Assembly: GCA_020631655.1 (NCBI GenBank)
Contig: JAHDGV010000004.1
Location: 1-47,560 of the forward strand
Source: Chloroflexota bacterium
Lineage (GTDB): Bacteria > Chloroflexota > Anaerolineae > Promineifilales > Promineifilaceae
Reading direction: 5' to 3'
DNA: 47,560 nucleotides
Shown here: positions 18,338 to 27,000 of the stretch, piece after piece
Layout: each line of letters starts with the position of its first letter
How positions within the stretch are numbered: the first letter of the stretch is position 1
Program-made: the position numbers and the translations under genes
Notes under the pieces: model-generated
Database searches by the model: none
What the model saw: only the letters and a program-made list of their open reading frames with translations
Told to the model about the DNA's origin: nothing

Positions 18338-18568
18338 TTTTGGCCCACATCACAAAGGCGAACTCCCTCACCCCACTTAAATAAGGTGAAGAAATAGTCA
18401 GTTTATTCAGCATTTAACGCATTAATCCCTTAAACAGCGTCAAAAATTTATGCCGTCTCTATTAACCCAAATTGTTTCGCAGTTAACACAGACGGCATAA
18501 ACCACTAGACATTTTTACACCCAAACCTTGCACCTAAAGTTACAGGTAGGTTAATTTTTAAAAACGTT

Positions 18569-20182
18569 ATGAACGCAGATTTAATTATTTTTAATGGCTC
18601 AGTTTTTACGGCCGATGACGCCAATTCAGAAGCAGATTCAGTTGTGGTTAAAGGGAATAAAATCGTTTTTGTAGGGCCGTTTGAAACGGCAAAAACCTAC
18701 CAAAACCCCGATACAAAAATGATCGATGCGGCCGGTAAAACGGTGATGCCCGGCTTTATCGACACACATTTTCATGTTCTTTGGGGTTCCAGATCACTTG
18801 CATCTGCACAGCTAATCGAATGTAAAAACCTAGATGATTTAAAAGGTTGCCTGTTGGATTGGGCAGAAGCCCATCCAAACAGAGAGTGGGTGATGGGAAA
18901 TGGGATGTCGTACGCGGTTCCTTCGGCCGACATTGATTTGAACCGACACCATCTAGACGCCATCATCGCAGATCGGCCGGTCATCCTGTTTTCATTCGAC
19001 ATGCACACCGTTTGGCTCAACACGCTTGGGCTAGAAAAAACCGGCCTGCTCAACGGCCATCCACCACTGCCGGGTGATGCCGACGTGGTAATGGGAGATG
19101 ATGGCTTAGCCACAGGTGCGCTGGTCGAACCGGCCGCCTATAACTTGGCCGTTGAACAGCTACCCGAGCAAACTGCGGCCGAAAAGCTGGACGAACTTAA
19201 AAACGGGATGGCATACATCGCATCGCATGGGATAACCACGGTGCATGACATGGCCTGCAATGCAGAAGACATGCAAGTGTACGGGGCACTGCACGAACAA
19301 GGTGGGCTGACCGCCAGAATTTATGCCAATCAGCTGATCGAGCCGGAGCATAAGGTGGCGGATATTCAAAGGCTGGCGGTGCCGTTGCGAGACAAATACA
19401 ACTCAGACTTGCTACGGGTTGGGTTCATCAAGTTTTTTATAGATGGGGTGTATGAGTCCTTTTCGGCCGTGACCCTCAACGGCTATCCAGGGCGGCCGGA
19501 TCATCATGGAGAGCCGATTTTTAGCGCAGATCATTTTGCACAACTTGCGGCCGAAGCGGATCGCTTGGGCTTCCAAATCGCCGTTCATGCCTGCGGCGAT
19601 GGGGGTGTTCAGCTTGTACTAAACGGCTACGAAAGCGTCATCAAACAAAACGGAAGGCGAGACAGCAGGCACCGAGTTGAACACATCGAAATGGTGAGCC
19701 AAGCCGATATCGGCCGGTTTAAAGAGTTAGGCGTGATCGCCTCGATGCAACCGCTCCATGCCCCGATCGAAGCCGGGGATTCAGACGTTTGGGTCTCCCG
19801 CGTGGCCGAAGAAGAGTGGGACATGGCTTTTGCATGGCGTTCAATTCGGGATGCAGGCGTGCATATCTGCTTCGGGTCAGATTGGCCGGTGGTTCCCCTA
19901 AATCCATTTTTGAGCATACACGCTGCCCTAAACCGTAAACCGTGGAAGCCGGGTCACAACAGTCACAACCAAACGCTGACAGAAACCCTGATCAGTTATA
20001 CGCGTGATGCCGCTTTTGTTGAGTTTTCAGAAACAAAAAAAGGGCAGTTAAAAGCAGGTATGTTGGCCGATATTGCAATCCTTTCGGATAACATTTTTGA
20101 GGTCGACAAGGACAAAATCGCCACAATGAGCATAGATCTCACTATCATGAATGGAAACATCGTATTTCAGAAAAATCGCTAA
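18569..20182 (+). CDS. Metal-dependent amidohydrolase (Amidohydro_3 / YtcJ-like)
   Basis: 537 aa. The N-terminal part DLIIFNGSVFTADD...MPGFIDTHFHV contains the HxH metal motif. Further blocks are IAVHACGDG, HRVEHIE and FGSDWPV. Confidence 0.8.
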   Translation: MNADLIIFNGSVFTADDANSEADSVVVKGNKIVFVGPFETAKTYQNPDTKMIDAAGKTVMPGFIDTHFHVLWGSRSLASAQLIECKNLDDLKGCLLDWAEAHPNREWVMGNGMSYAVPSADIDLNRHHLDAIIADRPVILFSFDMHTVWLNTLGLEKTGLLNGHPPLPGDADVVMGDDGLATGALVEPAAYNLAVEQLPEQTAAEKLDELKNGMAYIASHGITTVHDMACNAEDMQVYGALHEQGGLTARIYANQLIEPEHKVADIQRLAVPLRDKYNSDLLRVGFIKFFIDGVYESFSAVTLNGYPGRPDHHGEPIFSADHFAQLAAEADRLGFQIAVHACGDGGVQLVLNGYESVIKQNGRRDSRHRVEHIEMVSQADIGRFKELGVIASMQPLHAPIEAGDSDVWVSRVAEEEWDMAFAWRSIRDAGVHICFGSDWPVVPLNPFLSIHAALNRKPWKPGHNSHNQTLTETLISYTRDAAFVEFSETKKGQLKAGMLADIAILSDNIFEVDKDKIATMSIDLTIMNGNIVFQKNR

Positions 20183-20306
20183 AGATTTAAGCCATTGGTG
20201 GTCCTAACAGCCTCTTTTTGTAAGGAATCCCTCTTTCCAAAGGGAAAAACGGTGGTTTACCAGAGAGAGGCCGTGTAAAAACTGTCTCATTTTTACGCCT
20301 CCTAAA

Positions 20307-20335
20307 TTGCTATTTGCCCCTCTGCTGGCTATAAT
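20307..20335 (+). promoter_or_regulatory. Sigma70-like promoter TTGCTA-17 nt-TATAAT
   Basis: TTGCTA (20307-20312), a 17-nt spacer, then TATAAT (20330-20335). It lies ~75 nt upstream of the GTG start at 20412. Confidence 0.55.
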
Positions 20336-20411
20336 CGGTTAGTTCAGAACAAGTAGGAGCAAATACCCTAACTACTAACTTTCAAATCCCCCTTTTATAC
20401 AGGAGAGCGAA

Positions 20412-21989
20412 GTGACACAGTCTCGGACAAGTGATCCAGAATACTGGACCGAACCATCCTTCAACATTACCGATTCGGATATTGAAGATCTCTATCAATT
20501 CCTGATCGATACAGAAGAGCCGCAATCTCTAGACACCCTTGTAAGGGCGATTATTGTTTCGCGCATCAACGCGGAGAAATTAGAGTTACAAAAACGTCTT
20601 GAGGGACGCACCGTTTATCAACCGGTTTTAAGCTACAAAACTGGCGACCAAATCATCTTCCCATCGATGCAATTTGCACACGGGGAAGTTAAAGAAATTC
20701 GGGATGCGCAAAATCCTCAATTTGGGAACTTTAAAGCGATAGAGGTTAGCTTTGCAACCGGCCGCACACGTGAATTTGCCTCTGAGCTTGATGTAGAGCA
20801 TCCGCTCAATTCTGGTGATGGGCTGTCGGCCGTTGCCAGCGATGAGCCAGATATCGAAAAACTTGTTGCCTTCTACGGCGAAAATGTTGCCACCGTTTTG
20901 CGGGCACGCTTAAACGAAAATGACGAATTTGTCCGCCTTGCGGATCAGTGGTTCATCAAATCGCTATTTTCAGAAGTAAATGTTGGTCACTTGCATTTGG
21001 CTGAAGCGATTTTAGACATGAACATGGGCGGGCCACTCACAACACCAACCATTCTGAACGATCTTGACATGGATTCAGGTGTTAAACCTTCTGTTCAAGA
21101 ATTTTCACTGAACTACAGCTTGCAACAAGACGACCGCTTTGTTGAGGTTGCACCTCCAGGCAAAGTAGAGTGGTTCTTGCATCGGCTAACGCCAGAAGCG
21201 GTTCAAACTGTTCCTGAACGTTTGAAATACGAAACGATTTCATTTGATCGTGCCCTGTTTGGCTCTCAACTTGTTCAAATTGAACGGGAAATCGACGACG
21301 AATGGTCATCGATCGAGTCGGCCGACATGAAGCAGACGGTCAAATTCCCAATCACCTATCCTCACCTAAGCAGTGGCACCTTGCCGCTCTCGTCACGCGT
21401 TCGCCCGCTCTTTCCGTTAGGCGTATCGCAAACGCAGCTTGTTACCATGATCGATGACATGAGCGGACAAGAGTTCAACGTGTGGGTTGTGGGGAAACAT
21501 CGCTACATAACCGGTTTAAAAGACTGGTTCGAAAGCAATAAGATTCCAGTGGGTGGATTCATTAATCTAACCCCAACCGATCAACCCGGCCGAGTTATTT
21601 TAGGCTGTGACCGCCGCCGCAAAGAGCGTAAAGAATATGTTCGCATGGCCTCGGTTGTAGACAACTCGATTCGCTTTGAACTGGTTAAGAAAAATATCGG
21701 GTGTGATTATGATGAGCTCATGATCGTAGACACCGAACAAGTTGCCGCGCTCGATACAATTTACAAACGCAGTAGCCAACGGCCGCTCAATGAACTTTTG
21801 GCCGAGGTTTTCCCTTATTTGATGAATGAGGGAACCCAACAAGCCGTTCATGCAAAAACACTTTACAGCGCGGTTAACATGCTTCGCAGAGTTCCATCAG
21901 GCGTTATTTTTGCAGAGCTGGTTCGTCAACCGGCCTTTATTTCGGTTGGAGATCAATACTGGCAGTTTGATCCAAATCGGATGCAATAA
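20412..21989 (+). CDS. Hypothetical protein (525 aa), no family recognised
   Basis: Long ORF with a GTG start preceded by AGGAGA (20401-20406). The N-terminus is acidic. I recognise no catalytic or binding motif. Confidence 0.7.
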   Translation: MTQSRTSDPEYWTEPSFNITDSDIEDLYQFLIDTEEPQSLDTLVRAIIVSRINAEKLELQKRLEGRTVYQPVLSYKTGDQIIFPSMQFAHGEVKEIRDAQNPQFGNFKAIEVSFATGRTREFASELDVEHPLNSGDGLSAVASDEPDIEKLVAFYGENVATVLRARLNENDEFVRLADQWFIKSLFSEVNVGHLHLAEAILDMNMGGPLTTPTILNDLDMDSGVKPSVQEFSLNYSLQQDDRFVEVAPPGKVEWFLHRLTPEAVQTVPERLKYETISFDRALFGSQLVQIEREIDDEWSSIESADMKQTVKFPITYPHLSSGTLPLSSRVRPLFPLGVSQTQLVTMIDDMSGQEFNVWVVGKHRYITGLKDWFESNKIPVGGFINLTPTDQPGRVILGCDRRRKERKEYVRMASVVDNSIRFELVKKNIGCDYDELMIVDTEQVAALDTIYKRSSQRPLNELLAEVFPYLMNEGTQQAVHAKTLYSAVNMLRRVPSGVIFAELVRQPAFISVGDQYWQFDPNRMQ

Positions 21990-22099
21990 TCCCTCGTATG
22001 GGGCAGGTTGATCTCTTCATCAAAAGAGTTTAACCACTTAAAACTAACAATCTGCGGCCGGTTTTAACACCTAGCTGCAATCGAGAACTTTTAATCACA

Positions 22100-22543
22100 A
22101 TGGCAGGCAGACCAAAAATCAACCTTCAAGGTAATAAAAAAGTAGATGCATCAACTCGATTCCACATCGACTATGAATGGTGGAATCGTTCAACGATGGA
22201 CCTGAAAGCCTACTTGGCTACCCGACTTCAAGCCTTGGGGATTAACGATATTCACTTTGACCCCGAAGTTGATGAAGTCGATATTGTGGACATGAACACG
22301 GGTGAGGTACGCCGCGTTGATGGGTTTCAGTATGTGGTTCACACCTATTTCCGTCAGTTACCAGAAGACTTTGCGCAAAAATCGTCTTTGGTTGATGCTG
22401 TATTTTGTGTGTTGCTGGCAAACGCCAATCAGCCGATGACGGTGGCTGAAATCTCGACCGAGATCGGCCGGACCCCAGACGTGGTCTTACGCACCATCGG
22501 TGGAACCCGCATTTATCAGGGCATTTCTCCCGTTGTAGATTAG
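22100..22543 (+). CDS. Hypothetical protein (147 aa), no family recognised
   Basis: ATG-initiated ORF on the same strand, 110 nt after the previous gene. The N-terminus is basic (MAGRPKINLQGNKK). No motif recognised. Confidence 0.6.
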   Translation: MAGRPKINLQGNKKVDASTRFHIDYEWWNRSTMDLKAYLATRLQALGINDIHFDPEVDEVDIVDMNTGEVRRVDGFQYVVHTYFRQLPEDFAQKSSLVDAVFCVLLANANQPMTVAEISTEIGRTPDVVLRTIGGTRIYQGISPVVD

Positions 22544-22575
22544 TGGGCGTTTGATAAAATTATTAAACAATTTAA

Positions 22576-22651
22576 GCCCCAGTAGCTCAATGGATAGAGC
22601 GCCGGACTTCTAATCCGTAGGTTGAGGGTTCGATTCCTTCCTGGGGTGCCA
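22576..22651 (+). tRNA. tRNA-Arg (anticodon TCT), CCA encoded
   Basis: Cloverleaf folded by hand. Acceptor GCCCCAG/CTGGGGT (G1-U72 wobble), D stem GCTC/GAGC, anticodon arm CCGGA-CT TCT AA-TCCGT (C27/U43 mismatch), T arm GAGGG-TTCGATT-CCTTC, discriminator G, then CCA. Confidence 0.9.
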
Positions 22652-22660
22652 TTAAAACAA

Positions 22661-22688
22661 ACCGTTGGTTGAATACCAGCGGTTTTTT
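22661..22688 (+). terminator. Rho-independent terminator after the tRNA
   Basis: Stem ACCGTTGG (22661-22668) pairs with CCAGCGGT (22676-22683), including one G-U pair. The loop is TTGAATA. A T run follows at 22684-22688. Confidence 0.7.
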
Positions 22689-22704
22689 GTTACCATTTTT
22701 CAAC

Positions 22705-24261
22705 ATGAAAATTTTCTCTGTTCAAGAAATGATCGAAGCGGAGCGTGCGGCCGATGCGGCCGGACACAGCTATGCAACCATGATGGAGATGGCGGGTGAG
22801 GGGCTGGCAAATGCTATTTTGGCTGAAACCGATGCGCTCAGCTGGCCCATCATCATTTTAGTTGGCTCTGGCAACAATGGGGGGGATGGGCTGGTAGCGG
22901 CCCGCATTTTGCATGAGGCCGGTGCAAAAGTTAGCGTCTTTTGCAATCGGAGCCGTGATCCAAATACAGATTCTAACTACAAACGTGTTCTTGATTTAGG
23001 GATTGAAACTTTCTCGTTTGAGGAGTTTGGCACAGTTGAAAAGTTTGAAAAGCAGCTGGTTAAGTGTGGGGTGATTGTGGATGCTCTGTTGGGCACAGGG
23101 CTAAACAAACCGGTCAAAGGGCTGTATACCACGATTCTGGATCTGGTTGCATCAGCAACTTCTAGAGACAAAAAGTTTATCGTTGCGGTTGATTGCCCAT
23201 CGGGCATGAACTGTGATACGGGTGAAGTGGATGATGTAACGCTCACGGCCGACCTGACGGTCACATTTGGAGGAGCCAAGCACGGCCATTTTCTGTATCC
23301 GGCCGCCGGTAAAATAGGCCGATTGATCCCGGTTGATATCGGCCTTGATCCCCTCATCACCGAAAAAATCAAAACAGAGCTGGCAACGGCCGATGTGATG
23401 CGTCAGTTGCTCCCGCAACGGCCTGCAAACGGACACAAGGGAACCTTTGGCAAGGTGTTAATTGCGGCCGGGTCTAACCAATATCGGGGTGCAGGGGTTT
23501 TGTCAGCCAAGGGGGCGTTTCGCACCGGTTCAGGGCTGGTGGCTCTGATGACGCCGGTGCTGGCCCGCCAGTCGGCCGTGGGGCTGTTACCCGAAGCAAC
23601 GTATCCTCATATTGACGATGAAGCCAAATTAAGTACAGCTGCAGCAAACTGGTTCAAATCATACATTTCCAACTATACGGCCGTTTTGATTGGCCCCGGG
23701 ATTGATTGGGTTGATCGCTTTGTGCAAACAGCCCTACAGCACATGAAAAAATATGCTACTCCGGGAGAAGGTTTGGTGCTTGATGCAGATGGCTTAAATT
23801 CATTGGCAAGAATATCTGCATTTCATACCCATCTGCCCAACGACACAATCTTGACACCACACCCAGCAGAGATGGCCCGTTTGTTAAATGAGCCCAGAGA
23901 TGTTGTAACGAACTCAGAACGGATTTCGCTCACCAAAGAAAAAGCGATTGAATGGGGGTGTGTCATTTTGCTCAAAGGGGCAAACACGGTTGTTGCCGCC
24001 CCAGACGGCCGGGTTGTGATTCTGCCGTTTGCCAACCCGCTTTTGGCCGTCGCCGGTAGCGGGGATGTTTTGTCTGGGGTTATCGTATCCCTGCTGGGGC
24101 AAGGGCTTGATCCATTTGATGCGGCCGTGCTTGGTGGCTGGCTCCACGGCACGGCAGGGGAACTGGCACGAGAGAAATTTGGGGATCGAGGCATGCTCGC
24201 TTCTGAGTTAGCAGATTTTATTCCGCTTGCAATTCAACAACTTCAGTCAGGTGGATCGTGA
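22705..24261 (+). CDS. nnr: Bifunctional NAD(P)H-hydrate repair enzyme (epimerase + ADP-dependent dehydratase)
   Basis: The start is moved to the ATG at 22705 (MKIFSVQEMIEAERAAD), because the TTG at 22669 lies inside the terminator hairpin. The YjeF-N block is GSGNNGGDG. The C-terminal carbohydrate-kinase block is HKGTFGKVLIAAGS...GSGDVLSG. Confidence 0.85.
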   Translation: MKIFSVQEMIEAERAADAAGHSYATMMEMAGEGLANAILAETDALSWPIIILVGSGNNGGDGLVAARILHEAGAKVSVFCNRSRDPNTDSNYKRVLDLGIETFSFEEFGTVEKFEKQLVKCGVIVDALLGTGLNKPVKGLYTTILDLVASATSRDKKFIVAVDCPSGMNCDTGEVDDVTLTADLTVTFGGAKHGHFLYPAAGKIGRLIPVDIGLDPLITEKIKTELATADVMRQLLPQRPANGHKGTFGKVLIAAGSNQYRGAGVLSAKGAFRTGSGLVALMTPVLARQSAVGLLPEATYPHIDDEAKLSTAAANWFKSYISNYTAVLIGPGIDWVDRFVQTALQHMKKYATPGEGLVLDADGLNSLARISAFHTHLPNDTILTPHPAEMARLLNEPRDVVTNSERISLTKEKAIEWGCVILLKGANTVVAAPDGRVVILPFANPLLAVAGSGDVLSGVIVSLLGQGLDPFDAAVLGGWLHGTAGELAREKFGDRGMLASELADFIPLAIQQLQSGGS

Positions 24262-25100
24262 CCATGCGCCAACTCTCCGTCAAAAAAATTGAGGCGGCTA
24301 TCTCTAATCTGATAGAGGAATCTGCGTACAAGCTTCCGGCCGACTATCTTGAAGCGATGCGCGCGGCCGAAGAGCGCGAAGCATCAAAAACCGGCCGGAT
24401 CATGCTCACCACCCTGCTCGATAACGCCAGCTACGCTGAAAGTGAGCAGATCCCCACCTGCCAAGACACCGGTATGGCGATTGTAATGCTCGAAATCGGG
24501 CAAGACGTACATCTGATTGACGGTAATCTGACTGATGCAATACATGCCGGGGTTCGTGCCGGATATGCAGATTTAAGAAAATCTGTGGTGTCTGATCCGC
24601 TTGAGCGCCAAAACACGGCCGACAATTCGCCCGCCATCATCCACACAGAGATTGTGCCGGGAGATAAAGTGACTATTACCCTTGCCATGAAAGGGTTTGG
24701 GGCAGAGCTGATGAGCCGGATGCAGATGTTTCCGGCCAATGCGGGGGTAGAGCGTGTTAAAGAGTTTGTCATAGAAACGATTGAACTAGCGGGGCCAAAC
24801 GCGTGTCCGCCAGTGATTGTAGGGGTGGGATTAGGCAGTTCGTTTGACGGTGTTGGACTACTCGCAAAAAAAGCCCTCATGCGGCCGTTGGGTCAGCCAT
24901 CCCCCAAGCCGCACTTGGCCCAGCTTGAGCAAGAACTGCTGAACGCGATCAATGATCTGGGGATTGGTCCACAAGGATTTGGTGGCACCGTCACCGCCTT
25001 GGCCGTGCATATCGAAAGTTACGCTACCCACATCGCTGCCCTGCCGGTGGCCGTTAACCTCAACTGCTCCGCTCCACGACGAGCAAAGATAGAACTCTGA
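24258..25100 (+). CDS. Class I (Fe-S) fumarate hydratase / tartrate dehydratase, alpha subunit
   Basis: 280 aa with IPTCQDTGMAIV and further Fe-S hydro-lyase alpha-domain blocks. The start is either the GTG at 24258 (overlapping the nnr stop) or the ATG at 24264. Confidence 0.85.
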   Translation: MTMRQLSVKKIEAAISNLIEESAYKLPADYLEAMRAAEEREASKTGRIMLTTLLDNASYAESEQIPTCQDTGMAIVMLEIGQDVHLIDGNLTDAIHAGVRAGYADLRKSVVSDPLERQNTADNSPAIIHTEIVPGDKVTITLAMKGFGAELMSRMQMFPANAGVERVKEFVIETIELAGPNACPPVIVGVGLGSSFDGVGLLAKKALMRPLGQPSPKPHLAQLEQELLNAINDLGIGPQGFGGTVTALAVHIESYATHIAALPVAVNLNCSAPRRAKIEL

Positions 25101-25135
25101 AACATCGGAAGTTTTAAAAACTTCCGATGTTTTTC
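25101..25135 (+). terminator. Perfect hairpin plus short T run (terminator-like) between the two fumarase subunit genes
   Basis: AACATCGGAAGTTTT (25101-25115) and AAAACTTCCGATGTT (25117-25131) are exact reverse complements. TTTT follows. Confidence 0.45.
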
Positions 25136-25146
25136 ACAAAACCAGT

Positions 25147-25701
25147 TTGACCAAAACGATTCAACTTCCTCTCACGGCCGAAAGTGTGAAACAGCTACAA
25201 GCGGGTGATGTGGTTCTGCTCACCGGCCGGCTTCTAACCGCCCGCGATGCGGCGCACAAACGGCTCATTTCTGAACTAGAAGCGGGGCTGCAACTCCCCA
25301 TCGATTTAAAAGATGAAACGATCTTTTACGTCGGGCCAGCCCCTGCAAAAGCGGGTCGGCCGATTGGTCCGGCCGGGCCCACCACCAGCGGCCGAATGGA
25401 CCCGTTTACCCTACCACTGCTCAAGCTGGGTGTCCGCGGCCTAATCGGCAAAGGGTATCGTAGTGATCGGGTGAAACTGGCGCTGATTGAGCATCAAGCG
25501 GTCTATTTTGGAGCGGTGGGCGGTGCGGCTGCCCTGCTGGCCCGACAAATCACATCGGCCGAAGTGGTTGCGTACGCCGATCTTGGCACCGAAGCGATTC
25601 GCCGTTTGGAGGTCGAAGATTTTCCGGTTCTTGTGGTAAACGATTGTCACGGTGGGGATGCATATTCGGCCGGGCGGGAAGAATTTCAAAAGGACAGTTA
25701 A
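25147..25701 (+). CDS. Class I (Fe-S) fumarate hydratase / tartrate dehydratase, beta subunit
   Basis: 184 aa. The block LQAGDVVLLTGRLLTARDAAHKRL is typical of beta subunits. The start is TTG and I see no Shine-Dalgarno sequence. Confidence 0.8.
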   Translation: MTKTIQLPLTAESVKQLQAGDVVLLTGRLLTARDAAHKRLISELEAGLQLPIDLKDETIFYVGPAPAKAGRPIGPAGPTTSGRMDPFTLPLLKLGVRGLIGKGYRSDRVKLALIEHQAVYFGAVGGAAALLARQITSAEVVAYADLGTEAIRRLEVEDFPVLVVNDCHGGDAYSAGREEFQKDS

Positions 25702-25705
25702 GGTT

Positions 25706-26845
25706 ATGAACGAAAAACAATTTTTAAGAGGCTTTTTGCCAGACGAAGATCCGCAACAAACCTTGCCAGAAGCATGTAATGACTGGGTGGCACTTGGCGC
25801 AGATTTGCGCAAACTGGTGCTCACACGCCATCTGCGGCCGATGGTGCGTGACCTGCCACCGTTTCCGGCGGGGTCTTTGTCTACCGACCGCGAAAAATGG
25901 CGTGCTATAAATCTTCTAGGCTACATCAACAGTCTTTACGTGTTGGGTTCACACGATGAACCGGTCAGCACGATTCCGGCAAATTTAGCCGTCCCGTTTC
26001 ATGCTTTAGCCAGCGAAATGGGTGTCCCACCAATTTTGTCATACGCGATTCAAGCTCTTTACAACTGGCGCCGAATCGATCCGGCTGGCCCTATCACCGC
26101 AGAAAATTTAACCCTTTTGCAAAACTTTGCGGGTGGGATGGATGAGGAGTGGTTTGTCACGCTCCACATCGAAATCGAAGCGGCCGCCGCCCCTGCAATT
26201 TTAGCCCTGCAACCGCTCAAACAGGCGGCCGAAGTACAAGATTTTGGAGCGATGACCCGTCATCTTGAAACAATTGGGAACGCGCTCGAGACTATGACGA
26301 CCATCTTGAAACGAATGCCTGAACGGTGTGATCCGTATATCTACTACAATCGGGTGCGGCCGTTTATGTTTGGCTGGAAAGACAACGAGATGTTCCCCGA
26401 GGGGGTGCTGTACGAGGGGGTGGAGGCATACGGTGGCAAACCGATTCAGCTCCGTGGAGAAACAGGGGCGCAGAGCAGTGTGGTCCCAGCCATCGATGCA
26501 ACGTTGGGGATTGGACACGAGCGGGATGAGATGCGCATTTATTTAATCGAAATGTTTGACTACATGCCAATTGCCGATCGGAATCTGATTTTTGAATTAC
26601 AAAAAGGGGCAGACGTGCGTCAAACGGTAATCGACTCTGGCTCCTCGTCCCTGAAAAACAGCTACAACTTTGCCATTGAAAAACTAAGCGATTTCAGGAT
26701 CAAACACATCGAATATGCGGCGATGTACATTTTAAAACCGGCCCAATCAACTAATGAGAGCGCGGGAGTTGGAACAGGTGGCACCCCGTTTACCTTTTAC
26801 CTGAAAAAGCACATCAATGAAACAAAGAAGCACTTGATCGACTAG
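25706..26845 (+). CDS. Indoleamine 2,3-dioxygenase (IDO)-family heme dioxygenase
   Basis: The start is moved to the ATG at 25706 (MNEKQFLRGF), 4 nt after the preceding stop. GETGAQSSVVPAIDATLGI parallels the animal IDO1 block GGSAGQSSVFQCFDVLLGI. FRIKHIEYAAMYIL....GTGGT parallels YHLQIVTKYIL....GTGGT, which contains the proximal His. Confidence 0.8.
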   Translation: MNEKQFLRGFLPDEDPQQTLPEACNDWVALGADLRKLVLTRHLRPMVRDLPPFPAGSLSTDREKWRAINLLGYINSLYVLGSHDEPVSTIPANLAVPFHALASEMGVPPILSYAIQALYNWRRIDPAGPITAENLTLLQNFAGGMDEEWFVTLHIEIEAAAAPAILALQPLKQAAEVQDFGAMTRHLETIGNALETMTTILKRMPERCDPYIYYNRVRPFMFGWKDNEMFPEGVLYEGVEAYGGKPIQLRGETGAQSSVVPAIDATLGIGHERDEMRIYLIEMFDYMPIADRNLIFELQKGADVRQTVIDSGSSSLKNSYNFAIEKLSDFRIKHIEYAAMYILKPAQSTNESAGVGTGGTPFTFYLKKHINETKKHLID

Positions 26846-26867
26846 CCACTTCATAACTTATCTAAAG

Positions 26868-26937
26868 CGTCATACCCGCGTAGGCGGGTATCCAGTGCTA
26901 GATTTGGCGCTGGATTCCTGCCTGTGCAGGAATGACG
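26868..26937. repeat. Composite three-hairpin palindromic element (REP/MITE-like)
   Basis: Hairpin 1: ATACCCGC-GTAG-GCGGGTAT (26872-26891). Hairpin 2: CCAGTGC..GCGCTGG (26892-26913). Hairpin 3: ATTCCTGC-CTGT-GCAGGAAT (26914-26933). The CGTCAT/ATGACG flanks close the structure. Confidence 0.7.
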
Positions 26938-27000
26938 GGTTCCAAAAGAAGTCTGCACGCATCTGCGGCCTGCAAACAAGTGCCAAAAGAGTCTAAGGTA

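Noticed and set aside
22576-22651. tRNA-Arg as the boundary of an integrated genomic island
   Set aside because: No integrase, no phage or mobile genes, and no direct repeat of the tRNA 3' end that I could spot in the window. The flanking genes (nnr, fumarase) are housekeeping.
26868-26937. Cloverleaf-shaped 70-nt element as a possible tRNA or tRNA-like gene
   Set aside because: The outer hairpin loops are only 4 nt. There is no 7-nt anticodon loop, no TPsiC-type GTTCRA loop, and no conserved D-loop or invariant positions. It fits a palindromic repeat element better.
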